Shown here one piece after another: positions 26,890-40,300 of a DNA stretch of 55,811 nucleotides. The translations under genes and the position numbers were made by a program. The notes beneath the pieces were generated by a model. That model worked only from the letters and a program-made list of their open reading frames with translations, made no database searches and was not told the origin of the DNA. The stretch is from positions 1 to 55,811 of IMG/VR virus record IMGVR_UViG_3300045125_000065; one strand, given 5' to 3'. Source of the stretch: a virus. Taxonomy: Duplodnaviria > Caudoviricetes. How positions within the stretch are numbered: the stretch's first letter is position 1; every line of letters begins with the position of its first letter.

Positions 26890-29104
26890 TAATAGCCCCG
26901 CACATCGCCAAAATCTGCGCTCACACAACAATCCGCTAAGCTGATAATTCCCCCCGGCCACATCAGACACAAACCTCAGCCGCAACTCACGCCGCTGTTC
27001 TTTCATGTCAATTTTGTTCGTCGTGGCGTCAAACTGATAAGCCTGCGAACCACGTCATCAGACTGCGCATATGGCCGGCCCACAACGAACAACGACATCG
27101 GGCCAGACAGAACAAAGTCAGGTTCTACGCGTTCCAGTCTCAGCCACCGGTTAGCGCCTTCAAGGGATAGTTCGCGAAGGGCCGCCTGTCACCAACCCCA
27201 AATCGCTCGTCTCAAAATAACTTTCGATGGCTGTAACGTTTTGCCCTTCGACCTCATCTGTGCCAATTTCGTGCTGGAACAATTTGATCTGATTGGGCGG
27301 GGTCGAAAAAATCAACGTTTCCGACAGGCTTGCCGTTGCCGCCGCGCTCATCACAATTATTTGGGCATAAATTGCTGTGACAGGCACCAAAAAGCCCGCG
27401 CCACTGCCGCCGAGGTTAAGGTTGCTTGCGCTCAGAATATTGCCAACCGCATATCCGGCACCAACGTTTACGATCGTAACCGCCGTTACCGCCCCGCCTG
27501 TTACAGTAATGTTGGCAGTCGCATTCGCTCCCATGCTATTGGTAAGCGGGACGTTAGAATAAACGCCATTTACATAGCCCGCGCCGCCCGTAATCGTGCC
27601 AAGCGTTTTTATGCCACTCGTCTGGACGGCTGTTACCGCCGTGCTGTCTGGAATATACCCCCGCAACAATCAAAGATACGCTGATCAAAGGGTCATACGT
27701 ATCAGAATACAAATATTGGCTGCCACTGATTATTGGATATGTTCCAGACGTTACCGTAGTCACCTCAGATGTTTGCCAATCTGCATTAACAGGGTAATGG
27801 AATACTTGGGAAAAATATCCTGCGCTTCTGCGTGCGCCTTGGGCAGATCCCGAGTCATACCATGTGTTTTCACGGACATTATAAATAATTGCATCCGGTA
27901 CATTCTGACGCATCCCCGCGCGGGTAATACCACCAGATCTCGCCAAATCTGGCACTTTTTACTTACCCAGATTTTTTGTCTCTGACTGTAATTCAGGTTG
28001 TCAAAGAAATAATTCTGGTTCATGTTGTTGGGGATTTCTTTAACAGTCCCGTTATAAAGCATGAACCTGTCCACGCCGCACCAATAATAGATGCCGTCGT
28101 ATTCAATTACTGACTGGCTGGAAATAATTGATGTTCTGGCTGCTGATAATGTCATAACGCCAGTATTGAGCCGGGGTGCCTTGACCGCCGATATAAGAAA
28201 CCCGAATCAGACTGTCGAGACTCCAGAACAGCCCAGACGGCGCATTTGACCCGCCACGCACAGGCAAGGCGGCAACAATCTTGCCCGAAGCGACGTTTGT
28301 TTCATTTGCATCTGCCGTCACCCAATCCTGGGCATTACCGGCCGAGCAATTCTTTATTAAGCCGTTATTGCCAAAAACAAACACGTAAGGATGCAGCACG
28401 ACAACACCGCCAGAGACAGCTGATGTTGTTCGCTAAAAGTGGATGTTGCTGCGCCAGTCCCAGTCGCGTTTTGAGACAACGTGATATTTACACCCGATAC
28501 TGCGGCGATCGTCGTTCCGGCCGCAATGTTTGCTCCGGTCATTGGTTTGCCCTACGCCAATCAATCGGATTGGCTGTCGCGACAGTGGCGGCCGTATTCC
28601 CTGCGGCCGTCGTCAGCGTGTCCGTAAAAACCCCGATCTGGCTCAATGATGTCCCGGTGATATCCCCGATCAAAACCGGCGTATTGGCACTGCTGTCAAT
28701 TGCGGCCAGGTTCTGCCCCGGATGCGCCAGCAAGGTGTTCAGCCCCGCGCCGGCGACATCATAAAACCCGTCAAACTGCCAAAGATTCAGAGCGGAGGCG
28801 GTAAAACTGGAAAGACTGAAATCTGTAACGCCGGCGCCGATGCCATTGTTATCAATCTGAAGATTTTGCAGACCACTACTATGTCCGGAAAATACTGATC
28901 CATGAGGCTATTCTGGGATGCAACCCAGATTCCGCGTGACGGGCCTTTGAATTCGCTGGAAATAACACGATATCCGCCTATTTTACGCGGGCGGCCGCGC
29001 TGAAACCTCACCCAGCGACCGTCATTGTAAAAATTCTTGTCCAGCACCGTGCCATCGCGTTGAATTCCTGGCTCGGTGTCCAATGCAAAAACTTTTGCGG
29101 TCAT
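26889..29104 (-). CDS. Tail nozzle / DNA-stabilisation protein (P22 gp10-like position), frameshifted
   Basis: PGIQRDGT...WVRFQRGRPRKIGGY; VIEYDGIYYWCGVDRF.LYNG; IIYNVRENTWYD. Beta-propeller-like. Confidence 0.7.
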
Positions 29105-30351
29105 GGGAACACGCCCCCTTGGACCCCGCCCGTAAAGACGCCTGTCCCCGTAATCGTGAGGCCGGTTGCATTCAGCCCGAATCGTTTGTTCCCAACAATG
29201 CTAATTCCAAATTCGCCGGCAATTGGCCGGTAAATGCCGTGAGACGGCTCCGATCCAAAACTCAACGATGGCGAGCCCACCGATCCATTAACCAGCGAAA
29301 GCGTCGTTGCCCCTGCGGCAACTGTATTCGCGTTGTAAATGTTTACCGAATCGCACAACAACGTTACCTGCTGCCCTGCGGGGACAATTGCGGTCGTTGC
29401 ACCGGCCACGCTGGTTTTAAAAGTTATGGTGAAATTTGCGACTGTGCCATCGGTTTGATTGGTTACGTAACACACCTGAACCGTTTGCGGCAGGATAATC
29501 GTTACGTCACCCGACAAAGTTCCTGTAAATTTCAGGATTGTGTTGGAGGCTTCAGCCGACGTGAGCGTATAAGTCCCGGATGTAACCGCCTTGGTAAGCT
29601 GGGAAAGTTGAACTGCGTGCTCTTGTTCAGCCCAACGGTATATAAAAAGCCGCCCCAGAACACACAATCACGCAGGAATCCGCTGGCTGCAACGAAATTG
29701 AGGCGCCCCCGTTGATCTGGTTGCCCCTGAAGTTGCAACCGCAAGCGTTCCTGTGCCGTTGTTGCGCAGCAACATGAACCAGTCGTCCGCCAAAGACCCT
29801 GCTGAAGTCAGCGTCAGCGTCCCTGCGCCGCCTGTCCAGACATATGCCTTGGCCCGATCCGACGCGACTGCCGTATAGTCAGCAAAAACGTTTGAACGGA
29901 ATATGCCGTATTGAGCGTATCGGCGATTGCCTTCAACCCGCTGCCCGCAAGCGCCGCAGCATCATTCGCTGACGATCCGACCCCGAATGCAATCAACCCT
30001 CAGGTTCCAGCTTCGCTGGCGTTGGTTTTGATATAGATATATTTGGCGGCGCCCGCAGCAACCGTAACTACTGGGTTTCCGCTGTAATCTTTAACAGTAA
30101 AAGTTTGTGCGCCCACATTACGGATTAGGCGCATCCCGACCAACGGATGCCTGGTTTGCAGGCGGCATGATCAAGGACAATCCGCCGCTTGCTGCGGTCA
30201 CATCCATGATCCGCGCAGCTACTGAAACCTCCCGTATCGTTTCCGTTTAACGGCCATTCGAGCGTCGTATCGGCTGAAATTGTGAAGCCGCGGTAGGAAA
30301 CGTCTGTGGGCTGGATCACGTTGCCCGTAAATGGCGAGACAAACTTGTCAT
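29101..30351 (-). CDS. Tail structural protein, frameshifted
   Basis: Thr/Gly-rich beta-type fragments 30125-30319, 29814-29996 and 29101-29667 (PSLSFGSE..GIYR). Confidence 0.6.
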
Positions 30352-30368
30352 GATTTCACCTTTAACTT

Positions 30369-31001
30369 TCAGGAATCGCGCCACGGCTCGCCTGTCGCCT
30401 GTCCGCGTCAGGTCTTCAACCTTCAGCATTTGCACGGCCTGCTGATATTGGGCCTGCCACATCTGAATGCGCTCATCGTTTTTCAGGAATGGCATGGCCT
30501 GCAAAAGCGTGCCATAAAGCATGGCCTGAGGCGCGTATTGCGTGAACCAGTTAGATTGATTGGTTGAGTCCAGCGGCTGCACGCGCTCGTAGTACAGCAC
30601 TTCGAATGAATAATCATCATCCGGCGTTGGCGCGATCATCCAGTGCGTATAGTTGTAATCGCAGTAATAAATTGGCGTGTCCGTTTGAGTTGGGTCAGGC
30701 CAGTATTCACGCAGGTATTCATATTTGCGCAGCAACACCGGCTGGCGTTTCCCGCCGACGGTCACATTCATGGAAACCGTCTTGCGCCATCTTGCTGGCT
30801 TATCAATGATGTTATTGCCCAACACCATTGCTGCGTTGGCTACCGCAAGGTTGCCAAGGAATTTGATATCGGCCAGAGCACCTGCTCGGCCAACATGATG
30901 AAGGTCGGGATTTTGGCGATTGTGGCTTGATCCGTGCGCTCCAGATACGTTTCCACGTCATCGACCAAACTGTCGTACGTCATTACTGCCGCTACGGTCA
31001 T
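30369..31001 (-). CDS. Head-tail adaptor / tail tubular protein A-like, frameshifted
   Basis: MTYDSLVDDVETYLER...IAPTPD..YSFEVLYY...NWFTQYAPQAMLYGTLLQA.PFLKND. Confidence 0.75.
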
Positions 31002-31069
31002 AACGACACCTCTTAGTCACATATCTGAATTTTATGCCGTTTTAGCTCACGTTACGCGCTTCCATTCAG

Positions 31070-31412
31070 GCCATTTAGGCCGCGGCTGAAGTGCGGCGCA
31101 TCAAAAAGTTTGACGCCATTCCCGCCCCAGCTATTCATCGGATGAAGCGACTCCCAGAACGCCCCAAGCGGAGCCAGAATTGATTTTTCCTCCAACCGAG
31201 TTTCCCGTCTTTAAAGAAATTCAGGTCAATGGCCAAACGCTTAAGATGCAGAGAGTCCATCGTCTTGGATCTCCTGTCTTGATGATAGATTTCCTGTTGC
31301 TCCGGGCTGCGATACAACTCGCCTGCCGTCACCACAAAACCCATGCCCGCGCCTTCTGAACCAGTTTGGCCGCATCCAGCAGAAACGCTGCCTGTTCCGA
31401 TATCAAATTCAT
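31070..31412 (-). CDS. Endolysin, M15-family (L-Ala-D-Glu peptidase-like), frameshifted
   Basis: ELYRSPEQQ...SKTMDSLHLKRLAIDLNFF...WGG...DAPHF zinc-ligand pattern. Confidence 0.85.
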
Positions 31413-31917
31413 CTTGCGCTCTTGATTTGGGCCAGCTTTTCCACACACCTTGATCCAAAGTACGCTCCAAATACGATGATGCCCCACTGTCCGAGCAGCG
31501 ATACGTAGGCTTCGTTGGCATTAAACCCGAACGCCGACATCATTGAAAACAGAAAATAGCCCACAAAGATCGCTATAAGCGCCATAGGGCGAATGTTTTT
31601 AGACAGCCAAGAGTCAGATGTCATGTCCGACATGCCAACGCGCCGTGACGTTGTTTTGCTCGTTCTGGATCAGGCCGGCTTCAATTTTGATTGCAGTCCA
31701 GATCCAGCCTTTTGTCCTCGAGCCTGATTTTCAGCAGTTCTCTTCATGCTCAAGCTCGAACTAGCTTGAGTCTCGTTAACCGATTCCGCGCTTGGCGGCT
31801 CGTTAACATCAACGCCTGTTTTTTCGCGAATCCAGTCCTGCCCTTTGGCAACAGCAGCGTTCGCCACTAGGCCTAAGCCTTGAGCCAGCAAGCGCCGGCA
31901 ACAAAGGCAGGAATCAT
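31409..31917 (-). CDS. Holin (3TM family), frameshifted
   Basis: DMTSDSWLSKNIRP plus two TM segments and FGAYFGSR, adjacent to the endolysin. Confidence 0.75.
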
Positions 31918-32139
31918 GGCTTGTCCTGTTTATGATCCAGCTTTTCAAAAAATCTGCTTGAGAATGGCTTTTACCTCAGTTATGTCCGCACGATAGTCAT
32001 CTTTTGCCACATATTCTTTTGGCAAATCCGAAATTGCATCTTCAAGTTTTTGCAGTTTGCGCGTAATTGAATTGAACACAAAAACGGCAAGAAACCCGGC
32101 GATACTGACTACCGCGTTGAACAACTGCTGGTTATCCAT
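31914..32139 (-). CDS. Small membrane/coiled-coil lysis-region protein
   Basis: N-terminal TM helix, then LPKEYVAKDDYRADI. Confidence 0.7.
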
Positions 32140-32311
32140 TTAAAACTCTTGAGCTGTCTTAGCAAGGCGAGCCCGCTGGCCAAGTTTGCCGGGCTTTTTG
32201 GCAGCCGTTTCAAGCTTTTTGGCCGGGATAGTCTTGTCCTTCCTTGACGCCTAGAGCCTGACGAAGGGCCCCCGGTTTCTTGATAGCCTTGCCAATCCAT
32301 TTTTCACTCAT
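32140..32311 (-). CDS. Small basic protein (KPGALR...GQRARLA family), frameshifted
   Basis: Frames give PGALRQAL...IPAKKLETAAKKPGKLGQRARLAKT. Confidence 0.6.
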
Positions 32312-32687
32312 CTAGCTTTCACCTCAGATTGAAAATCTTGGTCAATTTGGCCCTTGCGGCTTCAGCCTGAATGCCATTAACGAGATTTGCCACTTTACAA
32401 AAGGGCGGCCACCCAAATACGCCAGAATGGAATTTACGAGATCTACAGAAAATGAAAGTTTTTGCACGATACGCTTTACAAAAAATGTAAGTTTTTAGCC
32501 TTTTCCCTGCAAACAGGCCGCAGAACGGCATTTATTGACGACACCACGCGGGCCAGTTTTCGCTTAGGCGCCGTCGATAATGGTAACCGAATGAGGAAGT
32601 CTTGCAATCCAGAAGAAATTGCAAAAATAACAGCAAAAAACATGGTTTTTGACTTGGGGACTTCATGTTTTTCAGTCAATTACAACT

Positions 32688-34812
32688 TTTAGCTGAACAG
32701 CATAAAAAAGCTGCCAGTTACCAGGCACTCCAAAACCCATCCCGAGTTATTTCCGCCATTAGTGGAGTTCGCTCCGCGCGTACCAAGTGCTACCCGGTGT
32801 TGCTGTGCTACGGCTGATTGACAAATAATCAACACTTACAATTCCTACCCTGTTTTGGTCAGCGTGTAGGAGCTTGTCGTAGAAGATTGCAAAGTAACCA
32901 CATTTCCAGACGTGCCATGTTACTGTCCACGCCGCCATCGTCTGAGTTGTTCCAGCCGTAAATGCAATGGTATGCGCAACTGTTTTTGTGCTGGCAAGCT
33001 CAGAGAATGTGTTGCTGCCAGGAAATTGTCAGGTTGAAGTTCCAGTGCTACCGCCAATCGTAAGTTTGTTGTAGGTCAGCCACCGCCGGCAAATGTTCTT
33101 GCAGTGGTTGATGTGTCTGACAGAACGAATGTCTGCGGTATTTTTATTGAATGTATCCGGTGTGACCGCAATGTTCCATACCGATCCCGTGCCAGACAGT
33201 GTCCACGTACCAGAGCCCATGGTCAGTGTCTTGGCGTTAGAAACATATGTCTGGCCAAAACGGCGCTATTATTAACAGCAAAAGCCCCGTCGTTACGCTG
33301 TAATTGTTAGCATTGAATGATGACTGGTTAAGAATGCCAGAGTGCGCGCGGCAGAAAGAGCCAAGCTATCTTGCAAACGCACTGTGTTGCCGTATCCTTC
33401 CTGCGTATTGATGTCAATTGGGAATGTTTTTCCAGATGAAGTAATGTCCTGTAAGTTACGTTGTATCCAGACATGCGTATTGCACGCGCACCACCACCCG
33501 AAATTGTTAGATTGCTAAACAGTGTAATACTTCCAAAAACATTATCCTGATCGAGCGTTCCAGAATTTAATGTCATGGCTGTAGTACGGTTTGAAACACC
33601 GTCTCGCCATGGTAATGTTTCCGATCATTAACCCTTGAGTATCAAGCGTTATTGTGCCAGCCGATCCAGCCTCGCGAATAAGTTGCTGTAGATCTTGAAT
33701 CAATGGATAATTTGCAACAGCTGGAACGCCACTATTTGTTAACGCCCATCCGGTAGCTGTCCAGTCTTGTGACCCAGCCAGATTCCAGTAAGCACTGCGT
33801 CCAGTTGCAAAGGTAATGCCAGAGTTGTTTCCTGCGTCTCCCAATACTTTGCACGAGCACTATCATTCCACTGAAGCTGCGCCTGCCGCGCTGATGTCCC
33901 GAAAATCTGTGCCGAAGATATTGATTGCGGCAGCTGTAATAGTGCGCTGCGTTCCCGGATTATTTGATCTAATCCAGAATCCGCGATAGACAAGAGTTGC
34001 CGTTCCGCTGACTGTAAAAGTGCCATTCACTGTCTGATTGGCAGAAAACGACACACGGTTCGTCCCGCTTGATGCACGATCAACGAAAGTCAGATTGTTG
34101 TATGTGTTGGCGCCAGCAATAATGTGTGTATTATTCAGTGTGCTACCGATTGTTACGTTATAAAACGTTAAGACCGCCACCATTAAATGTTACGTTAAAA
34201 CTCGTACAGGAAATTGTTGATGTGTTCGAGTTGAATGTCAGGTTCGTTGTTGTTGAGTAGTTCTACTGCGCTCGTAGCAGACAACGTGACTGTACTCGAT
34301 CCCAAGGTAATTGTCCGAGTATTTGAATTGCTTGAGGACAATGCCCCCGCAGTCACATTGTAGTTTGCGGTCGTGAATGTTCCCTGAGTTATCGTCAAAT
34401 TGCGGCGTTTGGATATTTAACGCATCTCCAAGCGTAACGGTTATGCCCGAACCATTAACATTCAGTTCGCTGAAATTCTTTCCAGACGTAACTACTGTTG
34501 CTGTGGCATTTATGGTAACTACGCCAGTATGAGTATAGGTCATGCCCGCAACAAGTGTATATGTTGCCAGACACCGTTATGCTGGCTGTGCCAGTAAGCG
34601 TGCCGGTGAATCCCGTACAGTTGATACTTTTTGCTCCAGTGTTGCCACTGGCAATCGTTACAGTGTTGGCACCTGAGGCCGCATCGAGAAACACAGCCAT
34701 CGGCGATCGTAGGTATTGCTTGGCCACCAGCCCCCCAGAAGTAAGAGCCCATTTTGTTCCCGCCGTACCATCCCACGATCGCCGTTCCGCCGACCCAATA
34801 ACGGTTAGCCAT
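32688..34812 (-). CDS. Beta-helix-like tail/receptor-binding protein, heavily frameshifted
   Basis: MANRYWVGGT start; T/G/N/S-rich repeats (SSSNSNTRTITLGSST, MGSGTWTLSGTG). Confidence 0.65.
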
Positions 34813-34970
34813 TATTCCTCCACCGGGGGATTGCGCACGAATTCAGCCAGCTATTTACACGAGCGCGTTTCATTTCTTCAATTTGCTCGGCAGTGAATGT
34901 GGTCGTCGGGCAGGTACAGGGCATCCCGATACAAGCCAAACTCTGTCGTAAATTCAAAATCAATCTTCAT
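34812..34970 (-). CDS. Small tail-associated protein
   Basis: MKIDFEFTTEFGLYRDALYLPDDH; its ATG overlaps the upstream stop. Confidence 0.6.
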
Positions 34971-36271
34971 TACGCCCTCCTGCGCGACTGCAACAGCGTC
35001 CCAACGGCTATCCGCCGCGTTCCAAATGCTGCCGATATAAACGGTTTTGCTAATAACGGTAGTAGTGGGTAACGTGACGCCAACAGCACGGAACGCACCC
35101 GAGCTACCGGTTGTCCATGTCAGAGCGCGCGCCACTCCGTTATCCTTAATCCTCAACACGAGTTTTTGGCCGTCAGTTGGTGTGCCAGAAGGCGCAGCAA
35201 TGGTGGCGGCTTGAGCAAGGGCCGTGACGTTGTATTGGTCTGACGCATCGCTTGTAGCCGTGATTGTCGCAGCATCGGCAATACTGGTAATGCGCGGCGT
35301 AATGCGCTTATTCGTCAGCGTTTGCGTTGTATCCAGCCCGACCAAAGTGGCCGACGTACCCGGCAGCGTCATCGTTGTGCTGTCGGTGCCGCTAAACGTA
35401 AGCGTGTTATTAACCGTCGCTGTCTTGCCATCGGCAATCGTGATCGTGGCGCTCGTGGCCGGGGCAGTGATGGCAACCTTGTTGATACTGGTAGCCGAAG
35501 CAACTCCCCAGCGTCGGGGTTGTCAAAGACGGCGAAGTCGCAAATACCAGCGCACCACTACCTGTCCTCATCAGTTACTGCTGCCGCAAGATTGGCACCG
35601 AGGGCGTAGCCAAGAACGTGGCGACGTTTGCGCCAAGGCCCGAAACGCCCGTACTGATTGGCAAGCCGCCACAGTTCGTCAGCGCCAGAAGTAGGCGTTC
35701 CGAGAATCGGTGTTACAAGTGTAGGGGTTGTAGCAAATACCAAAGCCCCAGACCCGGTTTCATCCGTTACCGCCGCAGCCAGATTCGCGCTGGAAGGAGT
35801 CACAAGAAACGTGGCGACATTTGTGCCGAGCCCAGATACGCCAGTACTGATCGGCAGCCCGGTGCAACTGGTCAGCGTCCCCGAAACCGGCGTGCCCAGA
35901 GCAGGCGTTACCAGAGTTGGGCTGGTTGCGCGCACAACACTGCCCGTGCCGGTGTTGGCCGTCCAGACTGGCAATGTGCCATTTGACGTTAATACGTAAT
36001 TGGCGGCCCCAATGGATAAAAATGTCGTCGTATTGGCGGCTGACTGGCACGGCACCGACCCGCCTGCGCCACCCGCGATATTTGTCGCCGTTGTGCCGCC
36101 GCTTGATGCGTCCGCGATTACGAATACATTGCCACCGCTGTCTTTGGCATAAAGCTTTTTGTCGGCAATATTTATTGCCAGCTCGCCATTGACCAGATTG
36201 CCTGCCGCAGGCGCGGCCGAGGCAGTGGTACTGTAGTAAAGAGAAATTGGGGTATATCCGCTTTGCGCCAT
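34970..36271 (-). CDS. Tail fibre-like protein with Mtd-like N-terminus, frameshifted
   Basis: LVNGELAINIADKKLYAKD; internal repeats; C-terminal PSGTPTDGQKLVLRIKDNG...RWDAVA. Confidence 0.7.
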
Positions 36272-36346
36272 TTTTTGCCCCTTAGGCCATGACGGGCCAT
36301 CGTTAATCTGTTTTGTTTTCCTGCAATCTGCATTTGTCCCTGAATA

Positions 36347-37336
36347 TCAGGCCACAAAGTTGCTTCGTTACCGTTTGCAATTCTTGTCACGGTGTAATAA
36401 CTGTTACGCAAAGGGGTCGCCGTGCCTAGAGATTGTGTGATGTTGATGCGGATATTAGGCGCTACAGAAGCGTTCGCTTCGTAAATAAACTTCATAATCA
36501 CCGCGTGGCTTACGCCAGTTGTCAATGAGCCTGTCGCACCGAACGCTGCCGCCGTTGATGTGCTGTTGAAAAACGCTGCCTGGTTAGCAGCGCCAATTGC
36601 TGTCCCACCTGCAACTGCGCCCGTTTGTAGAATACCGTTTACGTTCACCGGCGCAGACGATGATGTAAGTGTAAAAGTAACCGTGCCCGCTGTTGTTTTG
36701 GTGAAATAGCAGTATGCCGTTATTTCATATTCACCACCCGCAACCAAATTCAATGCGCTATTCGCACCAAAGAAATTTGAAATGGCGGGGCCAATAGCAG
36801 AGCCGTTTGCAGTTAAACGGAAAATCTGATTGCTTAATAAATATCCGCGCCCACTTGTTGCGTCGTTTGTTACCTTGAATACCTCTCCGTTATATTCAAC
36901 ATTACCGCCAGTGGGAAAATTGTAATCAACACCAGCCTCAAACCTCATGGCGGCGGTCGAAATGTGCCGGGATTAATTTGTATAAATGATGCCAGATCAG
37001 GAGTAACGCCAACCCCCAAACAGCCAACACCAAAGCCGGTGTCTTTGACAACTATCCCGACATTGGTGCCAACCCGCGTAATTACAGACACATTGCTAAA
37101 ATCAATTCCGGTGCCCGTATTAGACTGCTGAAGCGATATTCGGGATACGTAGATAAGCCATCAGGAACTTTAACGGTACTTACTGAAAGGTTAGATGACC
37201 ACGTAGGCGTACTTGCGCCCGCAGACTGCAAAAGTTGATTGGTCGTGCCCGCCGCAGTAAATGCAAGCTCTGTGCCGTTACCAACACCTACGGCCCCCGC
37301 AGTTGGCGTATTGCTACCATTAATAATAATTGGCAT
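36347..37336 (-). CDS. Fibre-associated protein, frameshifted
   Basis: ORFs 37082-37336 and 36172-36948 (jelly-roll-like C-terminus). Confidence 0.55.
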
Positions 37337-37345
37337 TTTTATTTC

Positions 37346-40300
37346 CTAATATATTACCCAAAGCGACGTACTTGCCACAGTTACAGTATGGCCTGTTGAA
37401 ACAGTTACCGGCCCCACAGAAAACGCATTTTGTGCAGACGAAATACTGGAACTTGCTGCGGTGGTTTTGTTATTTGTGTTGTAGACTTCAGCGCCCGCTG
37501 TTGCCGCAATCGTAATTGAGCCAGCACCATTGGTAATGGATATGCCAGAGCCAGCGGTCAAAGTTGCTTTAGTAAGCGTGTTTCCAGTGGTATTGCCGAT
37601 TAACAGTTGACCATTTGTATAGGTCGTTTGTCCTGTTCCGCCATTTCCTACGGCAAGTGTTCCCGAAACATGCGTGGTAAGCCCAACTTTACCCCATGAG
37701 GGCGCAACACCTACACCACCAGAAATCAATGCGCTTCCGGTAGCAACATCTGCCAGTTTTGCAAGCGTTGACGTTGTATCTGCGTAAAGCAAATCGCCCA
37801 CTGCATAAACGGTCTGTCCTGTTCCGCCTTTATTGGCCGCTATTGCGGTCGCACTCCATGTTCCACTAGTAACTGTTCCAACCGTGACGATGCTTGCGCT
37901 ACCGGCAACAGGCGACGCGCCGACAGTGCTGTAATCAACTGTACGGGCTGCGCTGCCGTTATAAGTCGTACCCGCGACCGCACCGCCAGTTGTATTAAAC
38001 GTAACCGCGTTAGCTACGCTACCTGCGCTGCCTGTTGTGTTCTGATTGAGTGTTGGGAAATCTCCGGCGACAGCAATTGTCAGTGCTCCCGTCCCCGTCG
38101 TGCTTTTCACAATACCAGTCGAAAGCGCACTGGTTCCCGCCGAATAATCGGTGCCTGCTGTTGCTGCACTCAGCGCGGTGCCGTTGCCTTTTACTATCCC
38201 ATTAACGGATGTGGATAAAGTCAAAGCCGGTGTTGCGCCGCCACTTGATGTTCCTGCAAACCCATTCGCAGTTGATACCGAAACGGCTGTTACGGTGCCT
38301 GAAGTACCTGTTAATACGCCTCCACTCAGCGTCAATCCGCCTGCAACACTAATTTCTTCTGCTGCGCCACTTGCTGCTGTAGTACGCCCGAGCAGCCTTG
38401 ATGTATTCATTGTCAGACCGTTGGCTGAAGCATATGCGCTTGGTGCCACATAATCTGTTGCCGCTACGCCAATTGATAGTACGCCGGTCGTGGTTGTATT
38501 TTTACTAAGCCGGTTGTAAGTGATCCAAGAAACTGCGCGCCAGAAAGCCCCGTATCTGCCGTGCCTTGAGCAATGAATTTATTGGCAAACGCAACATTGG
38601 CCGAGCCATCCACTGAGTTGCCCGCCAGATTTCTGGCGGTTGTCCATTTTGCTGCACTGCCCGTCGTATTTTGATTGAACGTGGGCCAAGTAAAGGTGCC
38701 GGTACTAAAGTTGCCTGAAGTCGGAGTGCCTAGCGCTGGCGTGACGAGCGTTGGGCTTGTATCCAGCACAACCGGAGCCGCTGCCCGTGCTTGTTGTTGT
38801 TCCCGTTCCGCCATTAGCTACGGGCAAAGTTCCTGACACATGAGTCGTCAGGCCAATTTTCCCCCAGCTTGGGGCTACACCAACGCCACCGGAAATCAGG
38901 GCATTGCCGGTTGCCACATCTGCAAGCTTAGATAGCGTCGTGGAGGCAGACGCGTAAATCAGATCCCCTATCGTGTAAGACGAAAGCCCTGTCCCCCCGT
39001 AATCCGCGCCGATGGTGTTGGCGTTCCACGCCCCAACGGTCAGCGTGCCAACGCCCGTAATGCCGGTATAAGACCCGCTCAGATACGACGCGCCAACCGT
39101 GCCGGACGTAATCTGATTGCCGTTTATTGCAATAGGCGTAGTTGCCGCGGCGGTAAGTTGGCCTTGCGCATTTACAGTGAAAGTCGCCACTGCGGACGCC
39201 GAACCGTAAGCGTTCGCGCTGACGGCCGTATTGGCAATAGAAAACTGCGTCCCGGAAAGAGAAAGCCCTGTCCCGGCAGAATAAACCTGCGCGCTTGAAA
39301 TCAGCGCAAATGCGATATTCGTCGTGCCGAAAACAATTGTCCCGACTGTATCGCAGGTATAAGTATTGCCTGCCTGAGTATTGCCGGAACTGACAAAAAA
39401 CGTGTCGCCCTTGCCCAGCCCGTTAGGGCTCGTGGGGCTATAAGTGTCCGTGTCAGAAGACCGGGTAAGCACCCAATTTGTCGTCCCATTCCCTACCGTG
39501 GTGACAACACTAAACCCCGTTTTCAACGGCATTTGTCTGGTTATAAACAAGAACACGGTCGTTGATGGATGCCGTTACTCCATCCGGCGCGAACGCTACT
39601 TTGGTGCCGTTATTTGTAAGCGTTGCTCCAACGCCCACGCCGGCACCGCCTGGCTGGTTATAAACTGCATTCAGGTTGCCCGTAGAAGCGGCGTATTTGA
39701 CGGCAGTATGGTAATGAATGCCCGTTGTATAAAGCGTGTCACATACTGCTTTGTGGCCAATTGAAAGTTGCTTACCGGGTCTTGGGTGACCTCAACTGAG
39801 GTTAATCCACCAAGCGTAAGCGAAGTTCCGCCAAGGGCAACATTGGTTGTGCCCAGCGTGACGGATGAATTGGCAAGATACGAATTGCCGATTGGGGTGC
39901 CATTCCAAACCCCGGCTGTAATCGTCCCGACCGTAACAATACTTGTGCTTCCAGCCAGAGGCGAAGCACCGACGGTATTGTAAGAAATGGTCTTGGCAGC
40001 CGCTCCATTGAAAGACGTGCCAGAAGCGTCCCCAACTCCGCCGTTGTTGAATGTCAGGCTGTTGCTCGTGTTGGCTGTAATCGTTGCCAATCCACCCAGC
40101 GCCACAGTCGTGCCATTAAACGTAACACTGGAATTTGTTAATGCCGAATTCGGGATGTTGTTGAATGTGTTGCCGAGCCCAGACAGTGTTTTATTAGTAA
40201 AAACCTGAGATCCAGACAGCGTTGCTACTGTTGCGTCAATTTCAATCGTTCTGGCGACAGAGCCATCAAACGACACCCCCGAGCTCATCTGCAACCCAGT

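Noticed and set aside
32319-32700. Foreign AT-rich insert with novel ORFs
   Set aside because: It looks like locally garbled sequence over small tail-region genes, with no RBS-supported coherent ORF.
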